Shown here piece after piece: positions 1 to 14,389 of a stretch of DNA of 64,000 bases; positions within the stretch are counted from its first letter, which is position 1; each line of letters begins with the position of its first letter. A program made the translations under genes and the position numbers. The notes under the pieces were generated by a model that saw nothing but the letters and a program-made list of their open reading frames with translations, was not told the DNA's origin and searched no databases. This DNA comes from Octopus sinensis (lineage: Eukaryota): assembly GCF_006345805.1 (NCBI RefSeq), contig NC_043007.1, positions 71,796,001 to 71,860,000 of the forward strand, given 5' to 3'.

Positions 1-148
1 CGAATACATAATAACAAATAATATATATCTTTATAAAACTATAACTTATAACTAGATCTCAAAAAGTATAAAAATGAATGATCAATATATAATATATTAA
101 TTAAAAAAAACTACGTACGTTTCATGGCTATAATATATATATATATAT

Positions 149-179
<31 letters not shown>

Positions 180-281
180 TACATATGTATGGACTTGAAT
201 TGTTGGTATGGCTGTTATTGTATGTACAGAATAGTTTTATAAGACATCCATTTGTTATATACGCACACACATACACACACA

Positions 282-312
<31 letters not shown>

Positions 313-469
313 CATCCTTTAAGTTCGTTTACGAGAAACCTATTTGAGTATGCATATAAAAACGCCTAATATTTTATTCTGTTGGCTACAGCCTAATGGT
401 ACCGACTGGCAACAGCATGTTTATGGGGTTGCACCGAGCTAAGTAGGATAAATACAGTAATAATGATAA

Positions 470-650
470 TAATCCATGGATGGAATTTATAAATATTTTA
501 ATGCATTGCCACGCACGTTTCCATAAATCACATGATCCTTATGATCATAGTCCGTATTCCTGGGATGGTTACAGTACAGTTTATAGTATCCATAGACATC
601 GGATGGATCGTAGCTCATGTATTCGTTTCCTCGGGCGATATGGCATTAAC
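470..650. repeat. Unclassified interspersed repeat, second copy at about 16395-16570
   Basis: Shared GGAATTTATA...AATGCATTG...AGTCCGTATTCCTGGGATG.TTACAGT. Confidence 0.75.
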
Positions 651-798
651 GCTGGAAGCAGCGAATGTATAATTAAAGTCTGTTTATCAATTTTCACCAA
701 TGGAAATTATTACTATTATTATAACTATACATACATATATATGTGTTTATGCGTGTGTGTTGTGTGTGTGTGTGTGTGTGCGTGCGTGTGCGTGTGTG

Positions 799-829
<31 letters not shown>

Positions 830-1256
830 TGTGTGTGTGTTAAGTGGTCAAAGCAATGATCTACCATAACGTCCTAATTGAAAGATACTCTCTAGAACCG
901 GGATAAAAGAAGTGTGGGCTATGTTTGGCAGAGGACTTTCACATACAATCAGGTCAATGAACATCTATTCAACAGATGATCCGAAAATCTTTGTTTTTTT
1001 TTGCTTCTTTTGTAATAATAATTTTAAAACAAAATTTGAAGCTACTTTAAAATCTATAACACGTCTCCTAACTGGACGTCCCCTCCTACTGTGCACCAAT
1101 TGTCTCCAATCCAACTGCATACACATACACAAGCACACATGCACGTGCACACACACGCGCGCACATTCCCTGCGTACAACATCCACACTCACCAATAGTT
1201 CCTTGTAAACTACCGTTAACTCTATCCCCACTACCACGTACAAACCCCTCCTCTAC

Positions 1257-1304
<48 letters not shown>

Positions 1305-2156
1305 CACACACACACGTATTTCTCCTACCTTGCAAACCCTATTCTGTGCCCACCTCCCATCCACTCACATAGGCTGCCATTCTATTTTCATTTTCTTTCA
1401 TCTCCATTATCTTTTACCTCCACCACCACGCACTATAACTCCCTGTCTCTTCTACACAACTCTCTCTTTCTCTCTCTCATACATCCATTCTTATATTTCC
1501 CCCTCTACGTTCCACCTATTTTCCACACATCCATGTATTTCCAGATAATTTTTTTTCTTTCTTGCGTTTGCTTCTAATGTCTTTCTTTCCCTTTTTCTTC
1601 TTTTCAAGCATTTTCCCCCGTGAACTATTTTCCACGTATCTTCCTTGTAACATTCCCGCACCTCGATACGACAACATTATACCACCCTTACATCTTTATT
1701 GTATTATAGTTATTCGATTATATTATTCTTAAAACTTTTTATGCAATATATTTATTATGTGATTTTTATCAAATCATTGTCTTATATTATCGATTTCTCG
1801 TGATTGTTAGAGTAATCGTTTTATTTTTCCAATATCTGTTTTATTTCACCTACAATGAACATCTCCCATTCATCTTTAATAATCATAACCTTTAGTTATT
1901 CTCCCTGTTCACATATAAGTTCCAATAAGTTTCACAAATCTATAATTTTTTTTATTATGTTTTAAATATTTTCTGAGGCTAAGAATTCACTATATTTTAA
2001 ATTCTTTAACCATGCATACATTTATACATACACACACACACCCTCCTACAAATATATATTAACGAACGAATAAACATGCATGGTGACTCGCACTGCTAGA
2101 AATAATACGCAAATCTTACTCAAATCACATCCTGCAATCTTAAAAAGTGATAATAG

Positions 2157-2187
<31 letters not shown>

Positions 2188-2266
2188 AAGATACACGAAA
2201 TAGACGAGAGGGACAGGATTAAAATACTGTATTGACCTTCGCCAAATAGCATTATATATATATCTA

Positions 2267-2298
<32 letters not shown>

Positions 2299-2299
2299 A

Positions 2300-2526
2300 A
2301 GATCTAGTTATATGTTTTAAAAATATATATTATTTGTTATTTATGTTTTAGTTTAAGTCTATCACGTTTGAGTTGCATAATAGTGGTTTTATCTCTAATT
2401 TATATATATATACATATATATATAAATTAGAGATAAAACACTATTATGCAACTCAAACAGTGATAGACTTAAACTAAAACATAAATAACAAATAATTATA
2501 TATTTTTTAAACATATAACTAGATCT
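2300..2526. repeat. Foldback palindrome centred on a (TA)n tract
   Basis: About 100-bp near-perfect arms; the right arm continues into a repeat also present at 10-134. Confidence 0.92.
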
Positions 2527-2641
2527 CAAAAAGTATAAAAATGAATGATCAATATATAATAAGTAAAAAACTACGTACGTTCATGGTTACAATTAAATTC
2601 GAATTACAATTAAGTTATATATATATATATATATAATATAT

Positions 2642-2688
<47 letters not shown>

Positions 2689-2880
2689 GATATAGATATA
2701 GATAGATATATATATATATAGAGAGAGAGAGGGGGAGAGAGAAGAGAGAGTAGAAATTTATTCTAACTCATGTCCATTGTCCGGAAATTTCTTATTCTTC
2801 AACAAGAATGTCGTTGACAGTGCCTTCGAAGTTTTTGACCTGCTAAGCCATCGTCGGATTGTATGTATGTGTGTGTGTGT

Positions 2881-2955
<75 letters not shown>

Positions 2956-2974
2956 TAGTGAGACATAGATATGT

Positions 2975-3385
2975 AGAATCGTTAGCACGCCGGGCCAATG
3001 CTTTGCGGCAGTTAGTCCATCTTAACGTTCTGACTTCAAATGCCACCGTGGTCGACTTTGCCGTTCATCCTTTCGGACTTAATAAAATAAGTACCAGTTG
3101 AGCATTGGAGTCGATGTAAATTGGCTTATCCCTCCCGCTAAATGGTTGGCCTTATGCCAAAATTCGAAATCAATGAAGACGCTGAACTGGCAGAACTGTC
3201 AGCACGTCGAGAAAAACGCTTAGCGTCTTTACGTTCCGAGTTGAAATTTCCTTGGGTCGACTTTGCTTTTTTATCGTTTCGGGGTCCATGAAAAGAGTAA
3301 CAGTCAAGCACTGGGGTCGATGTAATCGACTGTCCCCTTCCCGAAAAAATTTCAGGCCTTGTGCCTATAGCAGAAAAGATTACTA
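2975..3385 (+). mobile_element. tRNA-derived SINE family A, two tandem decayed copies
   Basis: GTTAGCACGCCGGG...GTCGACTTTGCC.TTCATCCTTTCGG...AAGTACCAGT; (ATT)n tail. Confidence 0.85.
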
Positions 3386-3409
3386 TTATTATTATTATGA
3401 TTATTATTA

Positions 3410-3486
<77 letters not shown>

Positions 3487-4289
3487 CTACGAACTTGAGG
3501 AGGTAAGTAGAATCAATTGGTTGACCTTTCTGCAATCCATCAATGGATAACCAAGCAAGCAAGCAACCAACCATATTGATCGAAAGGGTGTAGTCGGTTA
3601 CATTGACCTTCAACACTAGACTGGTTCATTCCTCATCTCGCTTGGAAAGATGAAAGACAAATTGGAACTCGGCGGGACTTGATTACAGGAGGGAAAAAGG
3701 CTTCAAATATTTTGCTGCAAAGTGTATAGTCCGAAGCTTTGACGATTCACAAATACATGCACGCACACACTCACACAAACACACACACACACATATGCTC
3801 ACACACACATTCACGCACATATTGTACTCTCATAGGAAACTCTAATTTTGAGCAGAACTTCTCACGGTTCTACCCTGGAACCATTGCTGTTCCTTATAGC
3901 TTTCTGAGATATAACCTCAGACAGCGGCTGCCTTAACCATAACCCTAACTCACAGAACTGCTGATAATACGAATGTAATCAAAAACCCAGTTCATATCAC
4001 AAACTTACAGCAAGACCTAAAGGTAATTTCTTCTTCAATCCCAAGCTGGCGACCGGAGTGGGAAGCTGTCCTCTCAACCAATATGCTGCTGTGGGTGTCA
4101 CTGGATGACGGTCCCTGGTGATGTTATTCCACCAAAGACGGTCCCAAACTCCGCCAATGATGGTACTAAACCCGATTGCAAAAGGAGGAGGCTGGTTGCC
4201 TTGCCAGAACCAGGAAACTGAGGCAAGAAGCCGTATGGTAAGAAGCCGTATGGATACTACTGGATCAAAGGCAATATACAAGAAGGCTG

Positions 4290-4710
4290 GAAAAAACCTA
4301 GCATGCAAGTCAATGCTGGAAAGTTTCAAGCACTTCGCTATCAACAGCGAATACATCACAATCAGAATGCACAGAAGCAAGAATGATTGCATCCCAGACT
4401 CACAATTAGTCAATGATCTGCAGATCAATACAAGTAATGATGCATCGCTTCACGAGTCAATTTCGAAGACGGCAACAATGTGAAAACAACTGCCAGGATC
4501 ATTCAGGACAAAAGATTATGCTGGACCTGTAAAAAGACCTTTGTTCTCAATTGTCTGGACTATTGTTCTCAACTATGGTGGCAACACAGTGTTATATCCA
4601 CAGTGTTACAATCCAGCGCTGAAGCACCGAGAAAATAGCTTCAATGCAAACGACTGGAAGAGGCTGAAAGAACTAAAATTTGGAGCGAAGACAGATGAGA
4701 TAAGCTTTAC
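4290..4710 (+). mobile_element. CR1/L2-type LINE RT C-terminal remnant
   Basis: IPDSQLVNDL.I..SNDAS.H, MLDL*KTFVLNCLDYCSQLW, NDWKRLKELK. Confidence 0.7.
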
Positions 4711-4715
4711 CATGT

Positions 4716-4717
4716 AT

Positions 4718-4757
<40 letters not shown>

Positions 4758-4850
4758 ATGTATGTATGTGTGTGTGTATGTATGTATGTATGTATGTATG
4801 TATGTATGTATGTATGTATGTATGTGTATGTATGTATGGATGGATGTTTG

Positions 4851-4904
<54 letters not shown>

Positions 4905-5480
4905 GCTAGCTAGCTATATAGATATATATATATATAGTAAACTTACTCTGATTACATAGACTCAAAGAATTTAGTGGAGAAAAGGCCTATATATATATAT
5001 AATGTATGTGTGTATACATGTATGTATGTATGTATGTATGTATGTATGTATGTATGTATGTATGTATGTATGTATGTATGTATGTATGTATTAGTGTTTG
5101 TGTGTATGCCAAGTTATAATAAAAACAATTTCACATTAAACTGAAGAATTCATCGGTAAGTTTTCTATTCTACATATTTGTTAGATGGTGACAAGAGACT
5201 TCGGGATTCCGGCCTGCTAAGCTTCGTCCTGCGTACGTGTGTGTGCGTATGTGTGTGTGCGCGCATGTGCTCGCGTGTGTATACATATATGCGCATATGT
5301 ATGTATATATATATTATATATATATATATATCTATATATATATATATATATATATTTATGGACTGTATCTATATATATGTATATGTATGTCTTTATATGC
5401 ATTTGTACGTATGAGATGCATGCACACTCGTGTGTGTGCATGTGCCTGTCTGTGTATGTGTGCATGCGTGTGTGCATGTG
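4716..5480. repeat. Compound microsatellites (TG)n/(TATG)n/(TATC)n/(TA)n
   Basis: Directly visible. Confidence 0.95.
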
Positions 5481-5874
5481 CGTGCGTTCGTAGGTCGTGC
5501 ATGCATAGGTCGTCGAATGTCTATCGCCACCAAACTTTGCAATCCCCAAACTGGACTCCACTGTATGGTACCAACAGTCCTTCCCATCCCGAGCTACCAC
5601 TAACTCGATGCTGCTAAAACAACTTCGGGCGGAAAGGCCCACAGCTTTTCAAAATCATGTCTAAATATCTGAGAGATACAAATGGATTAGATGCGACTGG
5701 ATTTAAATGATAATCGCTGGACATGATACCATCTCTGATGCCAAACGGACGGAAAGTACAGGGCCAGAAATCTAAGAGAAAGTAGCGGTGTGAACACCAC
5801 AGAAGGAGATTTAAAGAAATAATAGCAATAATAACGGCAGTAACCCAGCATGGCCAGTTTAGAAGAATGAAATA

Positions 5875-6287
5875 AATACATACATATATACATACATGTA
5901 AATACAAACATACATATACACAAACACACATATGTACATACTCATATATATATGTACACACACACACAGATATAGATATATATATATATATGTATATATA
6001 TTCATGCACACACATAATACATACACACATACATATTTATGCATGCACACTCACTCATACTCACGCATATATATGCACATATAAATACATGCGTGTGTGT
6101 ATGCATCTATATATATTATATGTATACCTATAATCTATATACATATATATATATGCACAATGCACATACAGAAATGCATACATATGTGTGTATACATACA
6201 TATATACATATATACGTACAGGCATATATACATGCATACATACATACATACATACATACATACATACATACATACATACATACACAG

Positions 6288-6328
<41 letters not shown>

Positions 6329-6364
6329 GAAATATATAAGTGTATGCGTGGGTGTATTTACATG

Positions 6365-6398
<34 letters not shown>

Positions 6399-6495
6399 TG
6401 TATGTATGTATGTATATGTGAGTGTACGCGTGCGTGTTCTCGTGTGTGTGTATGTGGATAATTTTTTCTAATACTGAATATCTTATTATTCTCTC

Positions 6496-6543
<48 letters not shown>

Positions 6544-6590
6544 TAATAATAATAATAGTAATAATAGTAATAATAATAATCAATATTATT
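5875..6590. repeat. Compound microsatellites (TACA)n/(TA)n/(TATG)n/(AAT)n
   Basis: Directly visible. Confidence 0.95.
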
Positions 6591-7780
6591 ATTATTTTTG
6601 GTTTTTCGTAGTTTGCTTGTTGTATTCTATGGAATAAAGAGAGTTGGTTTCGGGGCAAAAGGCAAGTTATAAAGAAAGATGACATCATTACTTTAGCAAT
6701 CAATGAATGCGTCTAGTTTAGCCAACTTATTCTACTGTTCTAAGGATCTCTCTGTAATATTGTTTGATTATTTGGTAGTGGGAAATCTCCTTCTATAGTT
6801 TCTCTGTCTATATATAGATATTTATTTATGAATTCTCTCTCCACTATCAATGATCGACAACAGTTTTATCATCCTGATCTTCTCCACCAAGCAGTAAAAT
6901 TCCCTTTCTCTTCTCTCATTCTCATCAGCCGTTCTGTCTTTTCCATTTTCCCCAACGCCGCTTCTTATCTCTGGAGATTTTTACCTTTCTTTCTTACTTT
7001 CTTTCTTTCTTCCCTTCATCCATTCTTTTCTTTTGTTTGTTTCCTCATCGATACTACTTTTTTCTTTCCATCTTCGTACAAAACAACTCGCTACTACCAA
7101 TATGTGTTCGCTACTCGCAAAATAGAAAGAGCAGGTAAGAAGAGACGAGAAGGATAGCAATCGGATAGAGTAAGAGATGAAAAAGAAACAATGACACACG
7201 GAGAAAGAAAAACTACATCTGCGAGAATGTGTCACATCAAGGTGACGGCGACAGCAGCAGAGACAGATAGATAGAGAGGGAGATAGATTATAAGAACAGA
7301 ACAGAGCAGAACAGAACGGAACGAGGAGATGATGGAGGTGATGAAGTGTGCAGGATCAGATATCACCAAACTACACGGTACCATATGTTTCGCTGAAACA
7401 GGCAGAGAAAGCTTATATTTTGAATTTGTTTCATTGAATTGAGATACAATGAGTGTCACAACTAGGAATCGTTCTGAAAATAATTAAAATTTTAAAATCT
7501 GCGAGAGAGAAAAACTGCGTGTTGCTTAAGGCGTCCACGCAAACCAGACGGCAAGATGATGGTTTATCGAGATACAACATGGACAGCGAAACTTTCGCTC
7601 TTCATTTCATTGACTGCTCACTTCTGTCAGTTCTTCTCAACATAGAAAATACTTAGAGCTGTTTACAATTTTTATTTAAACTTGAATGAATAATAATCGA
7701 TTTATTGAATTCCTCACTTAACACCCCCACTCGCACATACTTAATATACAGAAATAAAAAAAAAAATCTGTTGATTGTTC

Positions 7781-7834
<54 letters not shown>

Positions 7835-7899
7835 GTGGGTTTTTATTCTCCCAGGAATGACAGATAAAATGACAATGAAAGATGCCGATTGATTTTCAA

Positions 7900-8440
7900 T
7901 TCGCAAACAAATGGGAAGCCTTTTCCATGTTTTCGTTGCAGTACTTAGCGAAAACAGATGTGTTTACGGTGATACAAGCAAACAAACTGATGCTTGTGTG
8001 TAGATATATACAACTTGTTAGAATCGGTAACAGGTACCTACCTTGAACTTGGCCGTAAACCTCAAAATCCACGGAAAGCAGACTGCCTGCCATGACTCCA
8101 GGTAAGCGAATACACCTTACATTTCTGTCGAGCAGCGACAAGGCCCGCTTAAAGATGAGAGATGCTGTTGTAATATCGTAAGTTAGCGCGAAATAATTCG
8201 TATGTTTGTTTGATGTGCGCGGATGGTTTAATCGGCAAGCCAATGGCAAGACGAGGGTTCGACCAACTGCTGGCTTCAGAGGTGGGCGTCGTCTAGGGGA
8301 CACTACTCTCAGCGTTCAAAACTATTGGCCAACGACAGCACAACGTCCCAGAAACGTCGTCGACGAACTTTGTGTGGGAGGCTCCCACCTTAACTGACCA
8401 TATGTTGGCAATCATACGAACCGTTCTGATGCCGTTGCCG
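7900..8440 (+). mobile_element. Possible highly decayed RTE-type LINE C-terminal remnant
   Basis: Weak similarity only: RRGFDQLLASEVGVV..TIGQRQH..SSTNFVWEAPT. Confidence 0.3.
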
Positions 8441-8604
8441 CTTCTAAACGCAAATCATTGATTTTGTTTCTTTTAATCTTGTTAAGAATAATTCGTTTCG
8501 AAACCATTCTTTAGATCTGATATTTCTACGGATGAATCTGAGAAGTAGATAGACGTCTACCCGACACCTAAATGGGCTTCTATACTTAAAGTTTATTGAT
8601 TTCC

Positions 8605-8777
8605 CATACATACATAGATACATACATACATACATACATACATACATACATACATACACACATGTATGTATGTATGTATGTATGTATGTATGTATGTATG
8701 TATGTATGTATGTATGTATGTATGTATGTATGTGTGTGTGTATGTATGTATATTATATATATACATGTATATACATA

Positions 8778-8808
<31 letters not shown>

Positions 8809-8895
8809 GTGTATCTATATATATATGCATATATTCACATAAATACATATGCATATATAGTATGCATATATATATATATTCATACGTATATATGC

Positions 8896-8938
<43 letters not shown>

Positions 8939-9129
8939 TACACATATGTTTATATATATATATATGTGTGTGTGTGTGTATGTGTGTGTATATACACACA
9001 CACATATGTATATGTGTGTATGTATATATGTACATATATAGTTACACGTATCCATATATATATATGCATTTACACGCACACACATATACATATCATGTAT
9101 TGTTGTGTGTGTGGGGGGGTGTATGTATA

Positions 9130-9162
<33 letters not shown>

Positions 9163-9235
9163 ATGTATGTATGTATGTATGTATGTATGTATGTATGTAT
9201 GCATGTATGTATGCATGTTTGTATGTATGTATATG
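8605..9235. repeat. Compound microsatellite (TACA)n(TATG)n/(TA)n/(TG)n
   Basis: Directly visible; source of the spurious 249-aa ORF. Confidence 0.95.
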
Positions 9236-10536
9236 TTTCACATTGCATGATATTCTGTTTAGCTGACTTTCAAGTGTCTTTTATATATTTATTTAATTGT
9301 TCTTTTAATTTGTTCTGGTATATTACTGACACAAAAATATTATAAAGAGGGAATAGATAGGTGTCTTATAATTCTGTGGACCAGTATTATTTAACATAAA
9401 TATGAATGAGAAATCAATAAAAAGAAATAAATAATTTTACAACAAAATAATCAACAAATCATAAATATCTATAATTATGGAAGAATTGGTTGTACTTGTT
9501 ACCCTTCATAAATTCGAGTATTTCTTTTAGTTTATTACAAGTATGCAACACGTATGTATATGAGGCATATTTAAAACAAAACTACATTAAAATACAAATC
9601 CAAAACCAAAGAAAACGCAAGCATAAGCGAAGAAAGAAAAGAGTAGAAATAGAGGGAAAAGAGGAATAAAGAAAACATCAATTCACACTAAGTGCATCAA
9701 TTGGTCGCACACCACAAGGCTCAACGGAACCTACTGAAGCAAGCCGACCCGCTTGCATGAAACAGCTAAGCACTCTCACGAGCATCACCTGCACCTCTGT
9801 AAGGTGGGTTGACCACCGATACTTGTTTTAATCGGCTGGATGTAGACAAGGATGGAGAATAAAGACAAGGTGATGAGTCGTTACTGTTACTTCTACACCA
9901 AGGGTGGTTGACAAGTGTCACATGACTACTTGTCCATATGGTCAGTTTCGTTTGTGAAGTTACTACCATTCTATCATCTTCTTTAGATCAAGTATCCGGA
10001 CAAGTGACGGATATTCTCAAAGTGGCGTTTCAGTATCTTCTACATCCTACAAAATAATTACTTTTTGAAACTTCGCAATGCGACCAAGTTGTTTTATCAT
10101 TCACATAATTCTTATTAATGCAATATTTAGCATTTCGAAAATGCAGGTAGATCAAACAACGACAATACGGTGTTCTTTTTAATGTAGATCCTACAACCAT
10201 ATGCCACGAGGTCTAATTCCTTGTGTGTATTTCGTTGTTTCTGGGCTCGGGATTACAAATCAGATATTGTGCCTTTCAAATAAGGGGGAAACATTTATGT
10301 ACATACAGTACTACATACTATGTAGTGACCATGACTGGAATGACTTCGATTGTTGGTCTCCTTGATTAAAATTGACTGGGTTAAGCAACAACAATAGCAA
10401 TACTTTCTGGAAAACTTACTTTACTCGGAGATTTATCTAACAAATTCTTCAAACTGTGGAAAACCCAATGGACATCAGAGATCTGTAATAACTTCCTTTT
10501 ATAATAACTTATGAAGCAAAAAAAAGAAAAAAAAGC

Positions 10537-10925
10537 AGTGAGCTTGCTGGCAGGACTGTCAACACGCCGGACAAAATGCTAAGTGGTATTTCGTCCGCCG
10601 CTGTGTTCTGAGTTCAAATTTCGCCGAGGTCGACTTTGCCTTTCTTCCTTCCGGGGTCGAATAAATAAGTACCAGTTACGTACTGGGGTCGATGTAATCG
10701 ACTTAATACCTATGTCTGTCCTTGTTTGTCCCCTCCATGTTTAGCCCCTTGTGGGTAGTAAAGAAATAGGTATTTCGTCCGTCTTTATGTTTTGAGTTCA
10801 AATTCCGCTGAGGTCGATTTTGCCTTTTTTCTTTTCCGGGTCAATAAAATAAGTACCAGTTGAGCAATGGGGTCGATGTAATCGACTTCCCCTTTCCTTC
10901 AAAACCAGCTGGGTCTGTGTCAAAT
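10537..10925 (+). mobile_element. SINE family A, two tandem copies
   Basis: Family core present twice. Confidence 0.85.
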
Positions 10926-11337
10926 GTGAAACCATAACTGTTTATATATTTTATAAAGTAGTATACTTTGTGATAGGACTGATGTCTATCAATAAACTGG
11001 CTTGAAGCAATATAAACGAGGGAAAATAAGTTGGTAGGTTAATAAGTAGTGAGCTTGATATTCTAGTGGAGGGTCAAATTGGAATGCTCCCCATAATTTG
11101 ATAAATGGGTGAGATAGAAAGAGAAAGGGCTCAACAGGAAATTGAAATATTTTCATGTTGAAGGAATAAAAAATAAATGAAGAAATTATGGTGAATGGAA
11201 GGAAAATATACAAGTGTCATTGATTTCTCTAAAGAATTAACGACTTACGTAAAGAAAAGTAGTTTCAACCAGTTCTGAAAGTTTCAGCTTGGTGGCGGAT
11301 AAACAATAAGAAAAAAAATGATGAAATATTGATTTCA

Positions 11338-11522
11338 AATTTTGACACAAGGCCAGCTAAGTCAATTAAATCGATCTCAGTACTCAACTAGTACTTATTT
11401 TATCGACCCTGAAAGGCAAAATTAACCCCGGTGGAATTTGAACTGAGAACGCAGAGACGGACGAAATGCCGCCAAGCATTTTGTCCTGCGTGCTAACGAT
11501 TCTGCCAGCTCGCCGCCTTAAG
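11338..11522 (-). mobile_element. SINE family A
   Basis: Reverse complement of the family consensus. Confidence 0.85.
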
Positions 11523-11728
11523 ATGTTAAAATATTGATAGATTCTATAACTAGCAGTAGAAATAATGGTCACACCTACAGTAGCTTACATCAGCATTCTA
11601 CCATTCATTTTCGGATACACAAAGGAAATAGTAGTTGTAGCCAACACTTGTTTAATTTTCAGAACTAGCTCAATTTCCTTCATATTAACCATATAAACGA
11701 AATAAAATCTCTTGTAACCCATTACATA

Positions 11729-11975
11729 GAGGCACGTAGCTTAGTGGTTAGGGTGTCAGTACCATGATCGTAAGATTGTGGTTTCGATTCCTGGACCGGG
11801 CGACGCGTTGTGTTCTTGAGCAAAACACTTCATTTCACGTTGCTCCAGTTCACTCAGCTGGCAAAAATGAGTAACGCTGCGATGGACTGGTGTCCCGTCC
11901 AGCTGGGGAACACATACGCCATAGAAACCGAGAAACCGGGCCCATGAGCCTGGCTAGGCTTTAAAAGGGCGCATT
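11729..11975 (+). mobile_element. tRNA-derived SINE family D, young
   Basis: A-box TAGCTTAGTGG and B-box GGTTTCGATTCC; nearly identical to 50321-50570. Confidence 0.9.
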
Positions 11976-12709
11976 TATTTATTTTTTGTTTAGCAGTAAC
12001 CCATTAGAACTCTTCGTCTTCCTTAGCAATCTCTCTCTCACTGCTACCCCCATCTCTCGCCCCCTCTCTCTTTGTTTCAAAGCGCTAGAAGCTTGTAGAT
12101 ACATAGAGTAAGTCAAGCAAATTAGCTCAACCAAGAAACGAACTTGTGTCCACTGACTTGAATCTACAAGAACAAACAACTACTCTACCGCCTTTGAAAA
12201 CACGCAAACACGCGCACAGAATCATTGGCTGAATATGTATATGGTTGGCGGTTGAGAAGGAGAAGGATCCTATGATATTCAGGCATTCCTAATTGCATTT
12301 GACTGAGTAGTGGTATAGCTTAAAGAGAGAACTCTAATACAGAACGTTGTATGTAAGATTACGCTACAATCCGCGCCCGTATCGATAATCTTTTATAACG
12401 TTGGTGTGAATAAACATTTTGAATAAGCAACAAGGAAGAACAAAATGGTCAATAACTAATATTTATATTAAATTTGTGAGTGAGGAGAACAGGAGACTCG
12501 TTTAGGTTTTATTCTGGCCTCCTCAGCGAACCATAGTCACTTAGTCATTAACGAAATAGTTATAAACAAATTGCGAAGTCAATATATGAAATAGTATATT
12601 TAACGGCATAAACAAATAGAATATTTAAAATAAACCAAACGTATGAAACAATATGTAAGTATATGCGTGTACGTGTGTGTGTATGTGTAGCCAGATAACT
12701 AGCTAGCTA

Positions 12710-12729
12710 TCAACACACACACACACACT

Positions 12730-12797
<68 letters not shown>

Positions 12798-12806
12798 TAG
12801 ATAGAC

Positions 12807-12850
<44 letters not shown>

Positions 12851-12909
12851 GGACAGATAGACAGACAGACAGACAGACAGATAGATAGATAGATAGATAG
12901 ATAGATAGT

Positions 12910-12962
<53 letters not shown>
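12710..12962. repeat. (GATA)n/(GA)n/(GACA)n microsatellite
   Basis: Directly visible. Confidence 0.95.
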
Positions 12963-12963
<1 letters not shown>

Positions 12964-13299
12964 TGAACTGTGGTCGTGGTCATCATCGTCGTATTCACCA
13001 TCATCTTCATCATATAATCAACATATATCTGATTCTCCATGCTGGCATAGATCGTATGAGTTGCCTCAGCATATCGTCTCCCAACTTATTGCAGTCATCG
13101 CCTTCGTGGGATCTAACAAAAATCATATCTCACCAGCCCCTTCATTATATTTTCCTCCAGTAAGGTCTTTCCATTTAAATCTCTTGACTCAGTCTTCATT
13201 GTTACACATCATATATCCGTCTGTGCAAATACAGTTTTCTGTGTGATACAATATAGCTGATTCCTCTGATATCTCTTCTGTCCCTCTGTGTTCCCGCTT

Positions 13300-14380
13300 G
13301 TTCTGATAGCGAGGCGTGAAACATTGACCTATAAGACATTGTTTAGCATAGAACCAGCGGCGTTGTGTGGTCTGGGAATGGATGTTGGTGGTCACAAAAA
13401 AAAAAGGTAGCAACCAGAAAATCCGATTGGAGTAGAGATGGCTATGGTCTGATAGATATTAGGTTTTAAAACGTGAAAAAGAGATCGAAGGTGTTAGAAA
13501 TGTCTGTGTGTTGGTCAGAGATTCATTTAGAGGATGAAACTATTTAATGCAAAGAATTGGCAATTGCTAAATACTCAGTTTCTGCCTGACAGTCTTGAAT
13601 TCGGGACGTGTGTGAGAACCAAGACAGATAACTTCGATTGGGTTTGAACTGGAATAAGTATTCTCAACGCAAGAATTGTAATAATATCCTTGTACTTTCG
13701 AAAGAAACATGATTATCATATTACCATTGAAGGGTGTTATCGAGGTTTTTATTCGTAGAGCTAGTGAAGTATTCGAGTAAGATGCTATAGATATTGTTGT
13801 ATGGATATCTGCATAGAGTTTGGTTATGGTGAAGTAGAGAGTGATATCATTTGCACAAGAGTCGATGTTGTTAGAAGCGATAACAAGGAAGATCGTTAAG
13901 GCACAGAAGGAAGAGTGTGGTGGACATAACCAAACTTTGAGAGACAGCGGAGTCGATTGTGTATAAGTCAGAAAGATTTATGTCAACGTACACTGCAATA
14001 ATGTGATCTGACAAAACATTTCCAATCCAAGAGATGAGCAATGTCGGTGGACAGCTTAGCCAGGAGATTCTCATACCAGCCATAGTCAAAGGCTTTACTG
14101 ATGTTAAGTGCAATCATCGAAATTCTGACGGGGAGAGACCACTCATACATGAGATAGAGGCAGGTCTCCAGTCGATCTTATTCTACGGAAACCATACTGG
14201 TGGCCAAAGGGGAAGGAGAGTAATTGAAGATGAAGTGGGTGATCAAAAGCTGCTTTCGTTTCTTATGAAAAGTTGCTCGGGAAGAAATAGCAGTACCACA
14301 GATAGAGATCAACAAAAATATTGGAAAAATATACTCAACACTAATCACACTACCAACGAGAATCTGAAAGAGCGTTAAGC
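13300..14380 (-). mobile_element. CR1/Jockey-group LINE reverse transcriptase remnant
   Basis: Frameshifted ALDISKAFD, PPTLLISWIGNVLSD, SAVSQSLVMSTTLFLLCLNDL, DSCANDITL (decayed YADD). Confidence 0.8.
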
Positions 14381-14389
14381 TAAAAAACA

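Noticed and set aside
880-1090. Possible additional Penelope-type GIY-YIG relic
   Set aside because: Similarity needs several assumed frameshifts and is too weak to call by eye.
8596-9345. Long ORFs rich in YI/CV/HT/LS repeats (also 38535-39353, 35385-35909, 40197-40776 and many others)
   Set aside because: They are translations of di- and tetranucleotide microsatellites that lack stops, with no protein-like content.
11729-11800. tRNA-like sequences with A and B boxes (also 50321, 50943, 52348)
   Set aside because: They continue into SINE bodies and lack a clean cloverleaf, so they are not tRNA genes.
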